Assembly (NCBI GenBank): GCA_965208675.1 | Contig: OZ242351.1 | Location: 3,584,001-3,648,000 of the forward strand | Reading direction: 5' to 3' | DNA from: Candidatus Poribacteria bacterium | GTDB lineage: Bacteria; Poribacteria; WGA-4E; PCPOR2b | DNA: 64,000 bases | Shown: in pieces, positions 1 through 9,969 of the stretch | Layout of the letters: every line of letters starts with the position of its first letter | Position numbering within the stretch: the first letter of the stretch is position 1 | Notes under the pieces: model-generated | What the model saw: only the letters and a program-made list of their open reading frames with translations | What the model was told of the DNA's origin: nothing | The model's database searches: none | Program-made: the position numbers and the translations under genes

Positions 1-1
1 T

Positions 2-1318
2 GGTGTCTACGATCCATATCTCCATTATGTGGTATTTAATTCAGTCGTCAATGTGCTGACGGAACGCGCATCTAAAACCTTTCGATTCAAAGAGCAGGAG
101 CAGTTACACGAGGAGGTAATCGACACTGGGCTCGCAAAGATTTATCAGTCCCATTTAGAGGTGGCGCGTACAATCGCGAAAGAAGACCACAACTACGACC
201 TCAAGATTACGCTGCTTGACGGCAAAGCCTTTGAAAAAATCTTGCAATACACGCGTAAGACCCAACCGTGGCTGCTGGTGCTTGGTCGAATTGGCGTGCA
301 CAGCGAATCCGACATGGACATTGGCAGCAACACCGAAAATCTACTGCGGCTCGCCCCTTGCAACGTCCTGTTATCGAGCCAGCGATATGTCCCCAAGGTT
401 GATGTCAAGGCGGAAGAGACTGTCGTTTGGACGCAGGAAGCCTTAGACCGTATGGAGAAAGCGCCGCCGCTAATCAAAGGGATTGCCAGGACGGCAGTCC
501 ACCGCTTTGCGCTTGAGCGCGGGCACTCGGTCATTACCGAAAGCGTCATTGAGGGCGCTATGGAGACGTTTATGCCGGGGCGCTCTGCAGAACGGATGAC
601 GCGAGTCGCCAAAGAGGTCGCGGCGCAGACGGTTCTTGAGGCAAATGCTATCCAGACATACATCTGTGAAGATTGCGGCTATGCCGCCCGTGAACAGCAA
701 CCTGTGAAATGTCCGGTCTGCGGTGTCGGCAGCGACCGCTTCCAAATGGTTGATAAAGACTCGCTGCAGAAAATTGCGGCTCAAGAGGGCGGCGTCAGCG
801 AAGAACGTACCTTTGACGGCGTCCGCCTCCAGTGGTCGGATCAGGCAAAGAAGGCGTTGCGGAATGTGCCGCGCGGTTATATGCGGCGTAATGTCAAGGC
901 GCGAATCGAAAAATCGGCGCGGACGCAGAAAATCGACACTATCACGAATGAATTTGCCATGCTGATTGTCAACGAGAGCATCGATGACGCTTCCGCTATC
1001 CGAGAAGACGCGCCTGAACTAAGGGCTGTGTCTCAATCGCGCGGCAACGCCGACACCGCCCAAGGGGAGGCATTTGAAAGTCGGTTTGAATGGACAACAG
1101 ACGCCCGTGAGCGATTGAATCTCGTACCCGCAGGATTTATGAGGAACATCACGCAGTCTCGCGTCGAGCAGCGGGCACAGGAAGCCGACCTTGAAACAAT
1201 CAACCTCGATTTTGCGGCACAGGTAATTGAAGACGGACGGAGTCTGGCTAACGAGGTGCTTGGCAGCTATTATCAACAGGATGAACAGGCTAGCGAGGTA
1301 GGCGCACAGGCAAAATGA
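2..1318 (+). CDS. Universal stress protein with 3 PCP_red domains and a rubredoxin-like domain (5'-truncated by window)
   Basis: Frame open from nt 2. USP C-terminal motif LLVLGRIG..GSNTENLLRLAPCNVL; three W..A..R+..+P repeats (nt ~428, ~833, ~1091); YICEDCGY..CPVCG. Confidence 0.85.
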   Translation, partial: GVYDPYLHYVVFNSVVNVLTERASKTFRFKEQEQLHEEVIDTGLAKIYQSHLEVARTIAKEDHNYDLKITLLDGKAFEKILQYTRKTQPWLLVLGRIGVHSESDMDIGSNTENLLRLAPCNVLLSSQRYVPKVDVKAEETVVWTQEALDRMEKAPPLIKGIARTAVHRFALERGHSVITESVIEGAMETFMPGRSAERMTRVAKEVAAQTVLEANAIQTYICEDCGYAAREQQPVKCPVCGVGSDRFQMVDKDSLQKIAAQEGGVSEERTFDGVRLQWSDQAKKALRNVPRGYMRRNVKARIEKSARTQKIDTITNEFAMLIVNESIDDASAIREDAPELRAVSQSRGNADTAQGEAFESRFEWTTDARERLNLVPAGFMRNITQSRVEQRAQEADLETINLDFAAQVIEDGRSLANEVLGSYYQQDEQASEVGAQAK

Positions 1319-1482
1319 CTTAATTGGCTCAGAACGATCAAATGAGCGGAAAGTGAAGGGATGGTTTACTGCGAATCCCAACGCATTTGAAAACTTCGTC
1401 AATCCAAATACAAAAAACTGTCGCGATTACTATCTTGTCTCTAATTTGGCGGATTGTTTAGGAATTTGGGAGGCTTTATCCC

Positions 1483-2766
1483 ATGGGCTACGCGCGGAAA
1501 AAACAGTGGACAATTGTAATACTTTCCGTAATTTTGCTTTCGGCTGTGGGCGTTGCCGCAGCGGAAAACTGGCCGCATTGGCGCGGACCGCGCAACGATG
1601 GCACCAGTCTCGAAACCGGCCTCCCAATCCAATGGAGTAGCACTGAAAACGTCCTGTGGCGGCTTCCGCTTCCGGGCGCCGCCGGTGCAACACCGGTCGT
1701 GTGGGATGACCGCATCTTCCTGACTTCGGCAGAGAGCAGCGATCTGGTACTGTTGTGCATCGGAACAGATGGCGAGTTACTCTGGAAACGCACCTTGGGA
1801 ACCGGCAATCGCAACGTCCACGGCGGAGAGGGAAACGCCGCCTCCCCTTCCCCATCCACCGACGGCAAACATGTCTGGGCATTCATCAGCACTGGAGACT
1901 TAGCCTGTTATGACTTCGACGGCAACGAGGTCTGGAAGACTAATCTGGAAGACCGGTACGGCGGCTTCAATCTCTACTTCGTCATGGCATCCACTCCGCT
2001 CCTTGACGGTGACCGGCTTTATCTCCAGTTAATTCACAGCAATGCATGGCTCGTGCTGGCATTGGACAAATCGACCGGCCGTGAGATTTGGAAACACAAT
2101 CGTAAAAGCGATGCATACGCGGAGTGCGAACATTCTTACGCCTCCCCTTCGCTCTATCGAGACGATAAACGTGAATTCTTGCTCGTTCACGGTGCGGACT
2201 ACATCACCGCCCACCATCTCACGGACGGAAGCGAGATTTGGCGCTGCGGAAACCTTAATCCGAAGAATAGCTACAACACCTCCCTGCGGTTGGTTGCCTC
2301 CCCTGTAGCCGTTCCCGGTCTCGTCGTCGTTCCTTCCGCGAAGAATGGGCCGGTCATCGGCCTGCGTCCCGGCGGCAAGGGAGATATAACCGGCTCAATG
2401 CGATGGCAGCACTGGCGGCGAGCGGATGGCACGCCGGATGTTCCGTCTCCACTCATCCATGAAGGACTTGTCTATCTATGCCGGGAAAACGGCGATCTAA
2501 TTTGTTTGGACGCCGAAACCGGTAAGCAAGTGTACAAAGAGCGGACGCACCGTCACAGGCACCGTGCATCCCCCGTTTCCGGTGGCGGCAACATCTACTT
2601 GACTTCGAGGGACGGACGTGTAACCGTTGTAAAATCTGGGCGGAATTTTGAGATTCTTGCCTCCAACGACATTGAAGAGACGATCTCCGCGTCCCCCGTC
2701 ATCTCGAACGGCAAGTTCTATCTACGGAGCTACAAAGCGCTGTATGCCATCGGTGTTGCGGAGTGA
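1483..2766 (+). CDS. Secreted PQQ-like (BamB-type) beta-propeller protein
   Basis: Signal peptide then ENWPHWRGP; repeated W-containing blades; ASP motifs. Confidence 0.85.
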   Translation: MGYARKKQWTIVILSVILLSAVGVAAAENWPHWRGPRNDGTSLETGLPIQWSSTENVLWRLPLPGAAGATPVVWDDRIFLTSAESSDLVLLCIGTDGELLWKRTLGTGNRNVHGGEGNAASPSPSTDGKHVWAFISTGDLACYDFDGNEVWKTNLEDRYGGFNLYFVMASTPLLDGDRLYLQLIHSNAWLVLALDKSTGREIWKHNRKSDAYAECEHSYASPSLYRDDKREFLLVHGADYITAHHLTDGSEIWRCGNLNPKNSYNTSLRLVASPVAVPGLVVVPSAKNGPVIGLRPGGKGDITGSMRWQHWRRADGTPDVPSPLIHEGLVYLCRENGDLICLDAETGKQVYKERTHRHRHRASPVSGGGNIYLTSRDGRVTVVKSGRNFEILASNDIEETISASPVISNGKFYLRSYKALYAIGVAE

Positions 2767-2805
2767 ATTGCCAAGCACGGAGAATTGTGAAGTCGGGTGC
2801 CGCGC

Positions 2806-3723
2806 ATGAAAACCTACAAAGACCTACCCTCCGACGGCGGTTCTGATATCGTCGGGCAGGTGACTCAACAGGTCAACCGCCTGCAGAAACGGTTTGCATC
2901 GGTGCGTCATACCGTCGCTATCATGAGCGGAAAGGGCGGGGTAGGCAAGAGTTTGTTGACGGCAAATCTCGCTTCAGCGCTTAGATTGCGCGGATACGAT
3001 GTTGGGATAGTTGACGCTGATATCAATGGCCCGTCAATCGCCAAAATGACGGGAGTGCGGTCGGCAAAGATTAATTACGACGCTGCTGGTGTGAAACCCG
3101 CAGTGAGTCCATCGGGCGTCAAGGTGATGTCGATGGATCTGTTCCTCAAGAACGACGAATCCCCCGTGCTTTGGGAAGCCCAAACGCAGAAGGACGCTTA
3201 CACTTGGCGCGGGACGATGGAGGTGACGGCACTCCGCGAATTCCTATCTGATACCGAATGGGGCGCGCTTGACTATCTACTTATCGATCTGCCGCCCGGT
3301 TCGGACCGGCTGCCGAATCTCGCCGATTTGCTGCCGACGCTCGGCGGCGCCATCGTGGTCACCATTCCTTCCGGCGTCTCGCAGCTTGTGGTAAAGAAAT
3401 CGTTGACGATGGCAAAGGCAGCACTCAACATACCGGTGATTGGTATCGTCGAAAACATGAGCGCATACATCTGCGCCAGTTGCGGCAAGACGGAAGGCTT
3501 GTTCCCGACTGGGAATACGGAGGAGACGGCGCATCAATTCAACATTCCGTTACTCCCCAAAATTCCGTTCGATCCACGTCTTTCAATCGCCGCTGACGAC
3601 GGTGAGAACTTTTTAGAACAAAACGCCGAAACACCAGCCGCAAAGGCGATAATCGAAGTTGGCAATAAAATCGAGACGTTTTTTGAGAACAACACTGCAA
3701 GTGTGCCACGGAGCGACTCATGA
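2806..3723 (+). CDS. mrp: Mrp/ApbC/NBP35 family Fe-S cluster carrier ATPase
   Basis: SGKGGVGKS, DADINGPS, WGALDYLLIDLPPG, ENMS..CASC. Confidence 0.92.
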   Translation: MKTYKDLPSDGGSDIVGQVTQQVNRLQKRFASVRHTVAIMSGKGGVGKSLLTANLASALRLRGYDVGIVDADINGPSIAKMTGVRSAKINYDAAGVKPAVSPSGVKVMSMDLFLKNDESPVLWEAQTQKDAYTWRGTMEVTALREFLSDTEWGALDYLLIDLPPGSDRLPNLADLLPTLGGAIVVTIPSGVSQLVVKKSLTMAKAALNIPVIGIVENMSAYICASCGKTEGLFPTGNTEETAHQFNIPLLPKIPFDPRLSIAADDGENFLEQNAETPAAKAIIEVGNKIETFFENNTASVPRSDS

Positions 3724-4235
3724 AATTTCTATGCCTCGAATGCAACACGGCTATGCAGTTTAAGGAAGCCGCAAAGCCCGATCAAGGTTCATTAACGGCA
3801 ATTTTCGAGTGTCCGGACTGTTTTGCCGAGTTTGCAATGCACATGAACCCGTGGGAAACCCAAATGCTGAAGTCCCTCAACGTTCAGCTCGGCGGCAAAA
3901 GCGAAGCGGCGCAGCCGATGCAGATGGTACGCTCCTTTTTAAGCGAGCAAGGCGGCGCAACCGCCGCAACAGATCAGAACACGCAGACAACAACCATGAC
4001 GCCAGAGTCGGAAGGCGGCAAGTGTCCGTTTACATCAGTTGTCGCAGAAGCATTTCAAGAACCGGATTCGTCCGGACCGGTATGGACGCCGGAAGCCTTA
4101 GCGCGTTTGGAGCGTGTGCCTAGCTTCGTCCGTCCGATGGCAAAGACTAGCATTGAAGAGTTCGCACGTGAAAATGGGCACACCGAAATCACCACCGACA
4201 TCATGGATTCTGCACGCGGCAGTTTTGGGATGTAG
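3720..4235 (+). CDS. Zn-ribbon + PCP_red domain protein
   Basis: CLEC..CPDC; KCPF motif; C-terminal WTPEALARLERVPSFVR..IEEFARENG..EIT; ATGA overlap with mrp. Confidence 0.8.
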   Translation: MKFLCLECNTAMQFKEAAKPDQGSLTAIFECPDCFAEFAMHMNPWETQMLKSLNVQLGGKSEAAQPMQMVRSFLSEQGGATAATDQNTQTTTMTPESEGGKCPFTSVVAEAFQEPDSSGPVWTPEALARLERVPSFVRPMAKTSIEEFARENGHTEITTDIMDSARGSFGM

Positions 4236-4381
4236 GAGTATGTCGCAGCAATTACGGAAGAAATCTTCTTACACAAGTATTGGCAGACCAGTGTGAGGCG
4301 TTAATGTAGAACATTTCATTCTGCAGATTGTATTTACTTTTCTCGGCGGGACCGCTTCTATGTTTCACGGTACACTTATCC

Positions 4382-4879
4382 ATGCGCCAATTCGTCGAAC
4401 TTGTCATTCGTTGGATACACCTAATCGCCGCAATCGTCTGGTTCGGCAGCGTCTTTTTTTCAGTCAGCATCGCTACACCGGTATTGAGGAAGCATTTCCA
4501 AATCGTTGAAAGTGTCCGGCATACCGCCGAGATTCTGGAGCGCTTACGGCATATTATCCGTTTCACGATTCACGTGCTTCTAATCACCGGTGCGATGAAC
4601 GTGTTCATCGTTGGATTGAACACGCAGATGCGCTTTTCTCAGGACTACGGCTATTTTGTTGTTTTTATCGCGAAACTCGCTTTTGTTGGATTGATGACGC
4701 TGTTCCATAGCCTGCATATCGCCGTTTTCAACCGAAGATTGGAATCCGCGGCGGCAAACCCAGATTTTGACGCTTCAGAGGTCTCCAAACTCCAAAAGCG
4801 GGTGGACCTATTTGGAATTTTTACGATACTCACCGGGCTTGTTGTCTTTGCGTTATCGTTGCGTTTGAGAGTGGATTGA
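4382..4879 (+). CDS. 4-TM membrane protein, CopD/DUF4149-like
   Basis: RWIHLIAAIVWFG, LLITG, AKL..LH pattern; four hydrophobic helices. Confidence 0.7.
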   Translation: MRQFVELVIRWIHLIAAIVWFGSVFFSVSIATPVLRKHFQIVESVRHTAEILERLRHIIRFTIHVLLITGAMNVFIVGLNTQMRFSQDYGYFVVFIAKLAFVGLMTLFHSLHIAVFNRRLESAAANPDFDASEVSKLQKRVDLFGIFTILTGLVVFALSLRLRVD

Positions 4880-4916
4880 TAAACTAAGTGAAGCGTGTCA
4901 TTAGGGAAGTAAATAC

Positions 4917-6218
4917 ATGGAAACGAAAATCCAAGCCGTCTCATGGAATATCACACGGTTATGCAATCTCAAATGCACACACTGTTATCTCCCCGCCGGC
5001 TTTGTGGATACGAACGAGTTTCCAAACGGGTATTATCGAGACGCGGAACTGACGCAGCCCGAGTGTTTCCGCGTGATTGATGAGATTGCCGAGGTCAATC
5101 CCAACATCCTCCTGATACTCACGGGCGGCGAACCGTTGCTGCGCCCTGACATTTTGAAAATCTCGGATTATGCGGCTCAAACCGGATTCTTGGTAGTGAT
5201 GGGTACGAACGGCGTCCTGCTGAACGATGAAACGGTTCAGCGGATGAGCGATCACGGTGTTGCCGGCGCAGGCATCAGTTTGGATGCTGTGGACGCGGTT
5301 AATCACGACAAGTTCCGGGGGATGGAGGGCGCTTGGGAAGGCACGATGAACGGGGTCGAAGCCCTCAAGCGGGCAAACCTCGATTTCCTTGTGCAAACCT
5401 CTGTGACACAGTGGAATTACGATGAGATTCCGCAAATCGTTGATTTTGCCTATGAACTCGGCGCGAAAGTGTTCAACCTCTATTTCCTTGTGAGAACCGG
5501 CAGGGGGAAAACGGTGATGGATATCACACCGGCTCAATATGAACAGATGCTCTCGACGCTTTTTGAGATACAGTCGAAATACCGCGGCAAGATGTTGGTT
5601 GCAGCAAAATGCGCGCCGCACTACAAACGGGTCATTTATGAACAGCAATCAGATTCGCCCTTCCTGCAAGCCTATCCGAGCGGTACGTGTCCCTGCGGCA
5701 TCTATTACTGCCGGATCACGCCGGAAGGCGATTTGACACCGTGCCCCTACATGCCGGTGAGCGTCGGCAACCTGAAGACGGATAGTTTCCAGACGCTCTG
5801 GAACCAGTCGAAAGTCTTTCGCGAACTGCGAAATCGGGAACTGTTGGAAGGCAAGTGCGGCGCCTGCGAATTTCGAGACGTTTGCGGTGGTTGCCGCGCC
5901 CGCGCCTATGCCCAAACCGGTAACTATCTCGCTGAAGATGCGTCCTGCGAATACCAACCCGGACAGGTTGGCGGTCAAAACGTCCGGTTCGAAAAGACTA
6001 CCCCCTTTGCGGCCGAAACCGATTACGAGTTACAGTGGACGGATGCCGCACAGAAAAGATTGCAGCGTGTGCCCTCCTTTGCACGCGGGATGGTTACCAA
6101 AAGCGTCGAGAATTACGCCCGCGAACACGGTTGCCATGAAATTACACCGGAAATCATGAAAGCTGTCAAGAATCGATTTGACAAAACAGGTATCCCGTCG
6201 TTTAGACCTCGGCCGTAA
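4917..6218 (+). CDS. Radical SAM/SPASM protein (AhbD/NirJ-like) with C-terminal PCP_red domain
   Basis: CNLKCTHC, TGGEP, CAPHY, SPASM CPCG..PCPY..KCGAC..CGGCRARA; tail WTDAAQKRLQRVPSFAR. Confidence 0.88.
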   Translation: METKIQAVSWNITRLCNLKCTHCYLPAGFVDTNEFPNGYYRDAELTQPECFRVIDEIAEVNPNILLILTGGEPLLRPDILKISDYAAQTGFLVVMGTNGVLLNDETVQRMSDHGVAGAGISLDAVDAVNHDKFRGMEGAWEGTMNGVEALKRANLDFLVQTSVTQWNYDEIPQIVDFAYELGAKVFNLYFLVRTGRGKTVMDITPAQYEQMLSTLFEIQSKYRGKMLVAAKCAPHYKRVIYEQQSDSPFLQAYPSGTCPCGIYYCRITPEGDLTPCPYMPVSVGNLKTDSFQTLWNQSKVFRELRNRELLEGKCGACEFRDVCGGCRARAYAQTGNYLAEDASCEYQPGQVGGQNVRFEKTTPFAAETDYELQWTDAAQKRLQRVPSFARGMVTKSVENYAREHGCHEITPEIMKAVKNRFDKTGIPSFRPRP

Positions 6219-6279
6219 AACACGGTTAACGAAGGTAAATTTCGCGCATGACGCCCGCACACTTTGAGGAGAAAAAACT

Positions 6280-6693
6280 ATGAATAGTGAAAACCGAGTT
6301 GAAGACCGGCTATCCGCCGTTGAAGACCGATTAAACCGCTTGGAAGATTTGCTGGTCGGTATCAGTCAAAAACTGGATCAGAAACCCCAGCCGACTGCGA
6401 TTGATGAGGAGAAAGGCGAAGCGTTCAAAGAGTGGGTGACCGATTACGTTTCAATGCGCTTGCAGCAGCTTGTGCCCGAAACATGCGATCATCCGGATGC
6501 CACAAATTCGCACGAAGGTCCGTTCTTGGATAACACCTCAGTCCGCTGCACTGAGGAAGTTGTTCACCGCGTCAAACGCATCCCGATTCCATTTGTTCGG
6601 GAGATGGTGGTTCAACGTGTGGCGGAAAATGCCCGCCGTGCAGAGGTTGATGTGGTCGACGTGGAATTCTTTGAGAGTGCGGCGACCTTTTGA
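6280..6693 (+). CDS. Coiled-coil + divergent PCP_red domain protein
   Basis: GAGGA RBS; heptad N-terminus; C-terminal TEEVVHRVKRIPIPFVREMV..VAENAR. Confidence 0.72.
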   Translation: MNSENRVEDRLSAVEDRLNRLEDLLVGISQKLDQKPQPTAIDEEKGEAFKEWVTDYVSMRLQQLVPETCDHPDATNSHEGPFLDNTSVRCTEEVVHRVKRIPIPFVREMVVQRVAENARRAEVDVVDVEFFESAATF

Positions 6694-7169
6694 CAGTGCA
6701 AAGCCACGGAGGAGTTTCCTCTGCCGCATTTCCACTGGGAGGATTTTTTAACGACTCCGCTCTGAACCAAGATTCAAAAGTCTTCAATCTAAAAATGGAT
6801 TGGGTGTTTAATCTTTTCTCAGAGTATCTTGAGAACGATTTCAAGAAGCGGCTAGGCATTCCCAAGCCGACAGTGGACCAGCTTTGGGACGCCTTCAAAG
6901 TCATGTTCCCGGCGACTTCGGCGCGACTCCTGGTGCAAGAGCCGGTTGGGAACACGGTCCGATTCAAACCGCTCGCCTTTTATTATGCGGACGAAATGGG
7001 ACCGCTGATTGAAGATGCGATGGGCTATATCAAGCAAAATTTCGGCGGGGGCAAATTCAAAATCAATTTCTACCAAGGGATGCAGTTCATTGCAACAATC
7101 AACTTTAAGCCCGAAGGCCCCGAAATTTGGCGCGATTTGCCGGAACTTGATGGGGCGGGGGTATCATGA
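6690..7169 (+). CDS. Hypothetical protein (start may be ATG ~6795)
   Basis: Overlaps both neighbours by 4 nt; protein-like composition. Confidence 0.65.
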   Translation: MTVQSHGGVSSAAFPLGGFFNDSALNQDSKVFNLKMDWVFNLFSEYLENDFKKRLGIPKPTVDQLWDAFKVMFPATSARLLVQEPVGNTVRFKPLAFYYADEMGPLIEDAMGYIKQNFGGGKFKINFYQGMQFIATINFKPEGPEIWRDLPELDGAGVS

Positions 7170-7588
7170 CACTTCAGCAGACCGTTACGGTATGCCCCGC
7201 GTGCAACAGCAAAAACGTGGAAGCCGTCGACCAAAATTCGTCGTTCTGCCTCGATTGCGATTGGGACAATTTACCGTTCGTCTCGAAAAGAACTGACGCA
7301 CTGATTTCTGCACTGCGGCACGGCGGTCCGGAGGCGCGGCGGGAAGCGGCGCAGACGCTAATCAATATCGGCGATGCGAACCGGCACGTCGCAACGCCCG
7401 ACGACCTCAATCCCCTGCTCGAAGCCCTTGATGATACAGATGACGATGTCCGCTATTTTGCTGCCGTGGCGCTGGGAAAGCTTCGGGATACGCGTGCACT
7501 GGCAAGGCTTGAGCGCATCGTGCATAACGACCCCTCTGGACTCGTGCGCGAAGGCGCCAAAAGCGCAATCGAATGGATTGAAGATTGA
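7166..7588 (+). CDS. Zn-ribbon + HEAT/PBS-lyase repeat protein
   Basis: CPAC..CLDC; LLEALDDTDDDVRYFAAVALG. Confidence 0.8.
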   Translation: MTLQQTVTVCPACNSKNVEAVDQNSSFCLDCDWDNLPFVSKRTDALISALRHGGPEARREAAQTLINIGDANRHVATPDDLNPLLEALDDTDDDVRYFAAVALGKLRDTRALARLERIVHNDPSGLVREGAKSAIEWIED

Positions 7589-7648
7589 TTCGGCGGCTTA
7601 TGCCCTACTTCAGTACCAACCTCAAAATCCTGCGTCAAAATAGTCCTT

Positions 7649-8068
7649 GTGATTGCCATTTCTAACCTACCCATGATAAATGCCGCGCTCAACTCAATTA
7701 GCGCGGCTCTGCTGACTGCCGGATATTTGATGGTTCGGAGACGCAGGATTGAAGCCCATAGAAAGTGCATGATTGCGGCTTTCGCGGTCTCCGCGCTATT
7801 TCTTACCAGTTATCTCGTCTACCACTACCACGCCGGATCCAAGAATTTTACCCTGTACGGCTGGATTCGCCCGGTTTACTTTACGATTCTCATCTCCCAT
7901 ATTATCCTCGCCGCGCTTATCCTCCCGCTCGCCTTAAGAACCCTCTACCTTGCCTGGCGCAAACAGTTTGCTAAACACCGCCGTATCGCGCGTCTGACGC
8001 TACCGTTGTGGCTATATGTTTCTGTCACCGGTGTAATCATCTATTTCATGCTATACCATCTCCAATGA
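7649..8068 (+). CDS. DUF420 membrane protein (often cytochrome oxidase-associated)
   Basis: LPMINAALN, HRKCM, FLTSYLVYH, HIILAA, HRRIAR..LWLYVSVTG. Confidence 0.9.
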   Translation: MIAISNLPMINAALNSISAALLTAGYLMVRRRRIEAHRKCMIAAFAVSALFLTSYLVYHYHAGSKNFTLYGWIRPVYFTILISHIILAALILPLALRTLYLAWRKQFAKHRRIARLTLPLWLYVSVTGVIIYFMLYHLQ

Positions 8069-8142
8069 TGGGTTGGTATGCTGCCGATATTCAGCAGCAA
8101 TTTGGTTTGAAATTGCCGAGGGCGGTGTAGTATACTGTCTGT

Positions 8143-8260
8143 TATAGTCATTGCGACTAAAAATCATACATTTACTCATTGGTTTGTAGGAGAGGCTTCC
8201 TAGCCTCGATTATTAATCAGTCAATTACTCCTTGTGTAAATATGAACCGAATTGACTATA
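8143..8260. mobile_element. MITE-like element, TATAGTCA...TGACTATA termini
   Basis: Inverted termini; internal sequence recurs at 47083-47220, 51605-51669 and partly 23344-23387. Confidence 0.7.
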
Positions 8261-8318
8261 AAGCCAAACCCTGTCCCGAATTAGCGCAATCTTAAAAACG
8301 AGTAAGGTAAATCAACAC

Positions 8319-9074
8319 ATGCGTCCCCAGAGTTCAACGCAGACAGAAAAAAGAGCACAATCCCCGGATACTTTAGACCTATCTGAAATTGGTGCATCCA
8401 AAGATGGCGTACCTCAAGTCAGTGAACGGCGGTTGTTTGTGCAACTTCAGGTGTTCGATGGGTGTGTTCAACCGCAAGAACTGGTTGCAGCTTTAGAAGG
8501 CAGCGGTCTGGAGTGTGTCCTGTATCAAGATGTGCACGATTCGTCCGGCGTGGGGCTGCTCTATATGACGGAAAACCCTAACGATCTGGTGACCGAACTC
8601 GGGATCCTACTAAGGCGGGGTCCGTTTGCATCGTTGCGTCGAAAACCTGAATTTACCATGATTGGCAGGACATATTCTTCCGGACGCGAACCAAATTTAG
8701 AAGAATGGCTGCTCCGCAAGCCGCGCCGGAACATGCTGAACCCAGAATTTTCATGGGCGATGTGGTATCCGCTCCGACGGAAACCCGAGTTTTATCTGCT
8801 TCCAAGATCGGATCAGGGCAAGATTCTAGGCGAACACGCCATGATTGGCCGAGCCTACGCACAAGCGGGACATGCGCAGGATATCCGTCTGGCGTGTTTC
8901 GGACTCGATCCGCATGATAATGAGTTTGTGATTGGATTAGTAGGACCAGAGCTGTACCCGCTTTCTCGGCTTGTGCAAGACATGAGGAAAACTCAGCAAA
9001 CCGCCAAATACATCGACTCGCTTGGGCCATTTTTTGTGGGCAAAGTCTGCTGGCAAAAACCGTTGGCGTTGTGA
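8319..9074 (+). CDS. Chlorite dismutase-family protein, probably coproheme decarboxylase (ChdC/HemQ)
   Basis: WYPLRRKPEFY..EHAMIG..GLDPHDNEF..GPFFVG; no signal peptide. Confidence 0.8.
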   Translation: MRPQSSTQTEKRAQSPDTLDLSEIGASKDGVPQVSERRLFVQLQVFDGCVQPQELVAALEGSGLECVLYQDVHDSSGVGLLYMTENPNDLVTELGILLRRGPFASLRRKPEFTMIGRTYSSGREPNLEEWLLRKPRRNMLNPEFSWAMWYPLRRKPEFYLLPRSDQGKILGEHAMIGRAYAQAGHAQDIRLACFGLDPHDNEFVIGLVGPELYPLSRLVQDMRKTQQTAKYIDSLGPFFVGKVCWQKPLAL

Positions 9075-9240
9075 GATTAGAAGCGAAGTGCGTGAAACCA
9101 CGCGTCGGTTCGCCGAGCGATTTCTAATCGCATCGACAATGAGTGCCGTGAAATACCGGCGTCTCGAACCGTTTGGCGGCCATGCCTCCATTCCAGTTGG
9201 CCTCCGGCTTTTGATAATTTTCCAAACTCAAAGGCACATT

Positions 9241-9966
9241 ATGAAGAACATCGCTGCAATTGCGTTGAAAGAGTTGTACACCTATTTTGTTTCACCGGTA
9301 GCTTACTTTGTGTTCTTTATCTTCACGGCGGTCTCTGGCGTTTTCTTTATTTTCATCTTTTACCATGTGTTTCGTTCCCAAATGCCAATCGACGAAGTTA
9401 TGGGGAGTTTATTCCCGACTATGAGCGTTATTCTCCTCTTCTTCACGCCCGCCCTGACCATGAAACTCTTCGCGGAAGAGCGGAAAAGCGGAACCATTGA
9501 ACTGATGTCGACTTCGCCCGTGAGAGACTCGGAGATGGTGTTCGGAAAGTTTTTGGCAAGTTTGGTGCTGACGCTATTCATGTTGGTGCTGACGCTGCTG
9601 TTTCCAATCCTCATTGCCGCATTCGGCGAAATCGATACGGGCAAAATCGCCAGCGGGTATTTCGGTCTTATCCTGCTGGCATCCACATTTCTCGCGCTCG
9701 GTCTCCTCATCTCCTCAATGAGCAAGAATCAAATTGTCGCGGCGTTGACCAGTTTCGGGATTCTGTTAGCCCTCTGGATAATTGGTTTTCTATCAAATTT
9801 TGCGGGACAGTTAGGTGGATTTTTGGCGTATTTCTCGCTCAGTGAGCATTCCCAGGGCTTCGCGCGCGGGGTGGTCGGCGTCAAACATGTTGTATATTTT
9901 CTGAGTTTCACAACCGTCTGCCTGTTCGCGACTGTTAAATCCGTAGAATCATCAAAATGGAGGTAA
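9241..9966 (+). CDS. ABC-2 permease, GldF-like
   Basis: KELYTYFVSPVAY, LTMKLFAEERKSGTIEL, SKNQIVA. Confidence 0.88.
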   Translation: MKNIAAIALKELYTYFVSPVAYFVFFIFTAVSGVFFIFIFYHVFRSQMPIDEVMGSLFPTMSVILLFFTPALTMKLFAEERKSGTIELMSTSPVRDSEMVFGKFLASLVLTLFMLVLTLLFPILIAAFGEIDTGKIASGYFGLILLASTFLALGLLISSMSKNQIVAALTSFGILLALWIIGFLSNFAGQLGGFLAYFSLSEHSQGFARGVVGVKHVVYFLSFTTVCLFATVKSVESSKWR

Positions 9967-9969
9967 TCC

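Noticed and set aside
2-6693. PCP_red domains as evidence of phototrophy
   Set aside because: Only the small accessory domain is present; no nitrogenase-like BchL/N/B in the window.
8319-9074. Chlorite dismutase implying perchlorate respiration
   Set aside because: No export signal or reductase genes; YPxxxK motif and heme context fit ChdC better.
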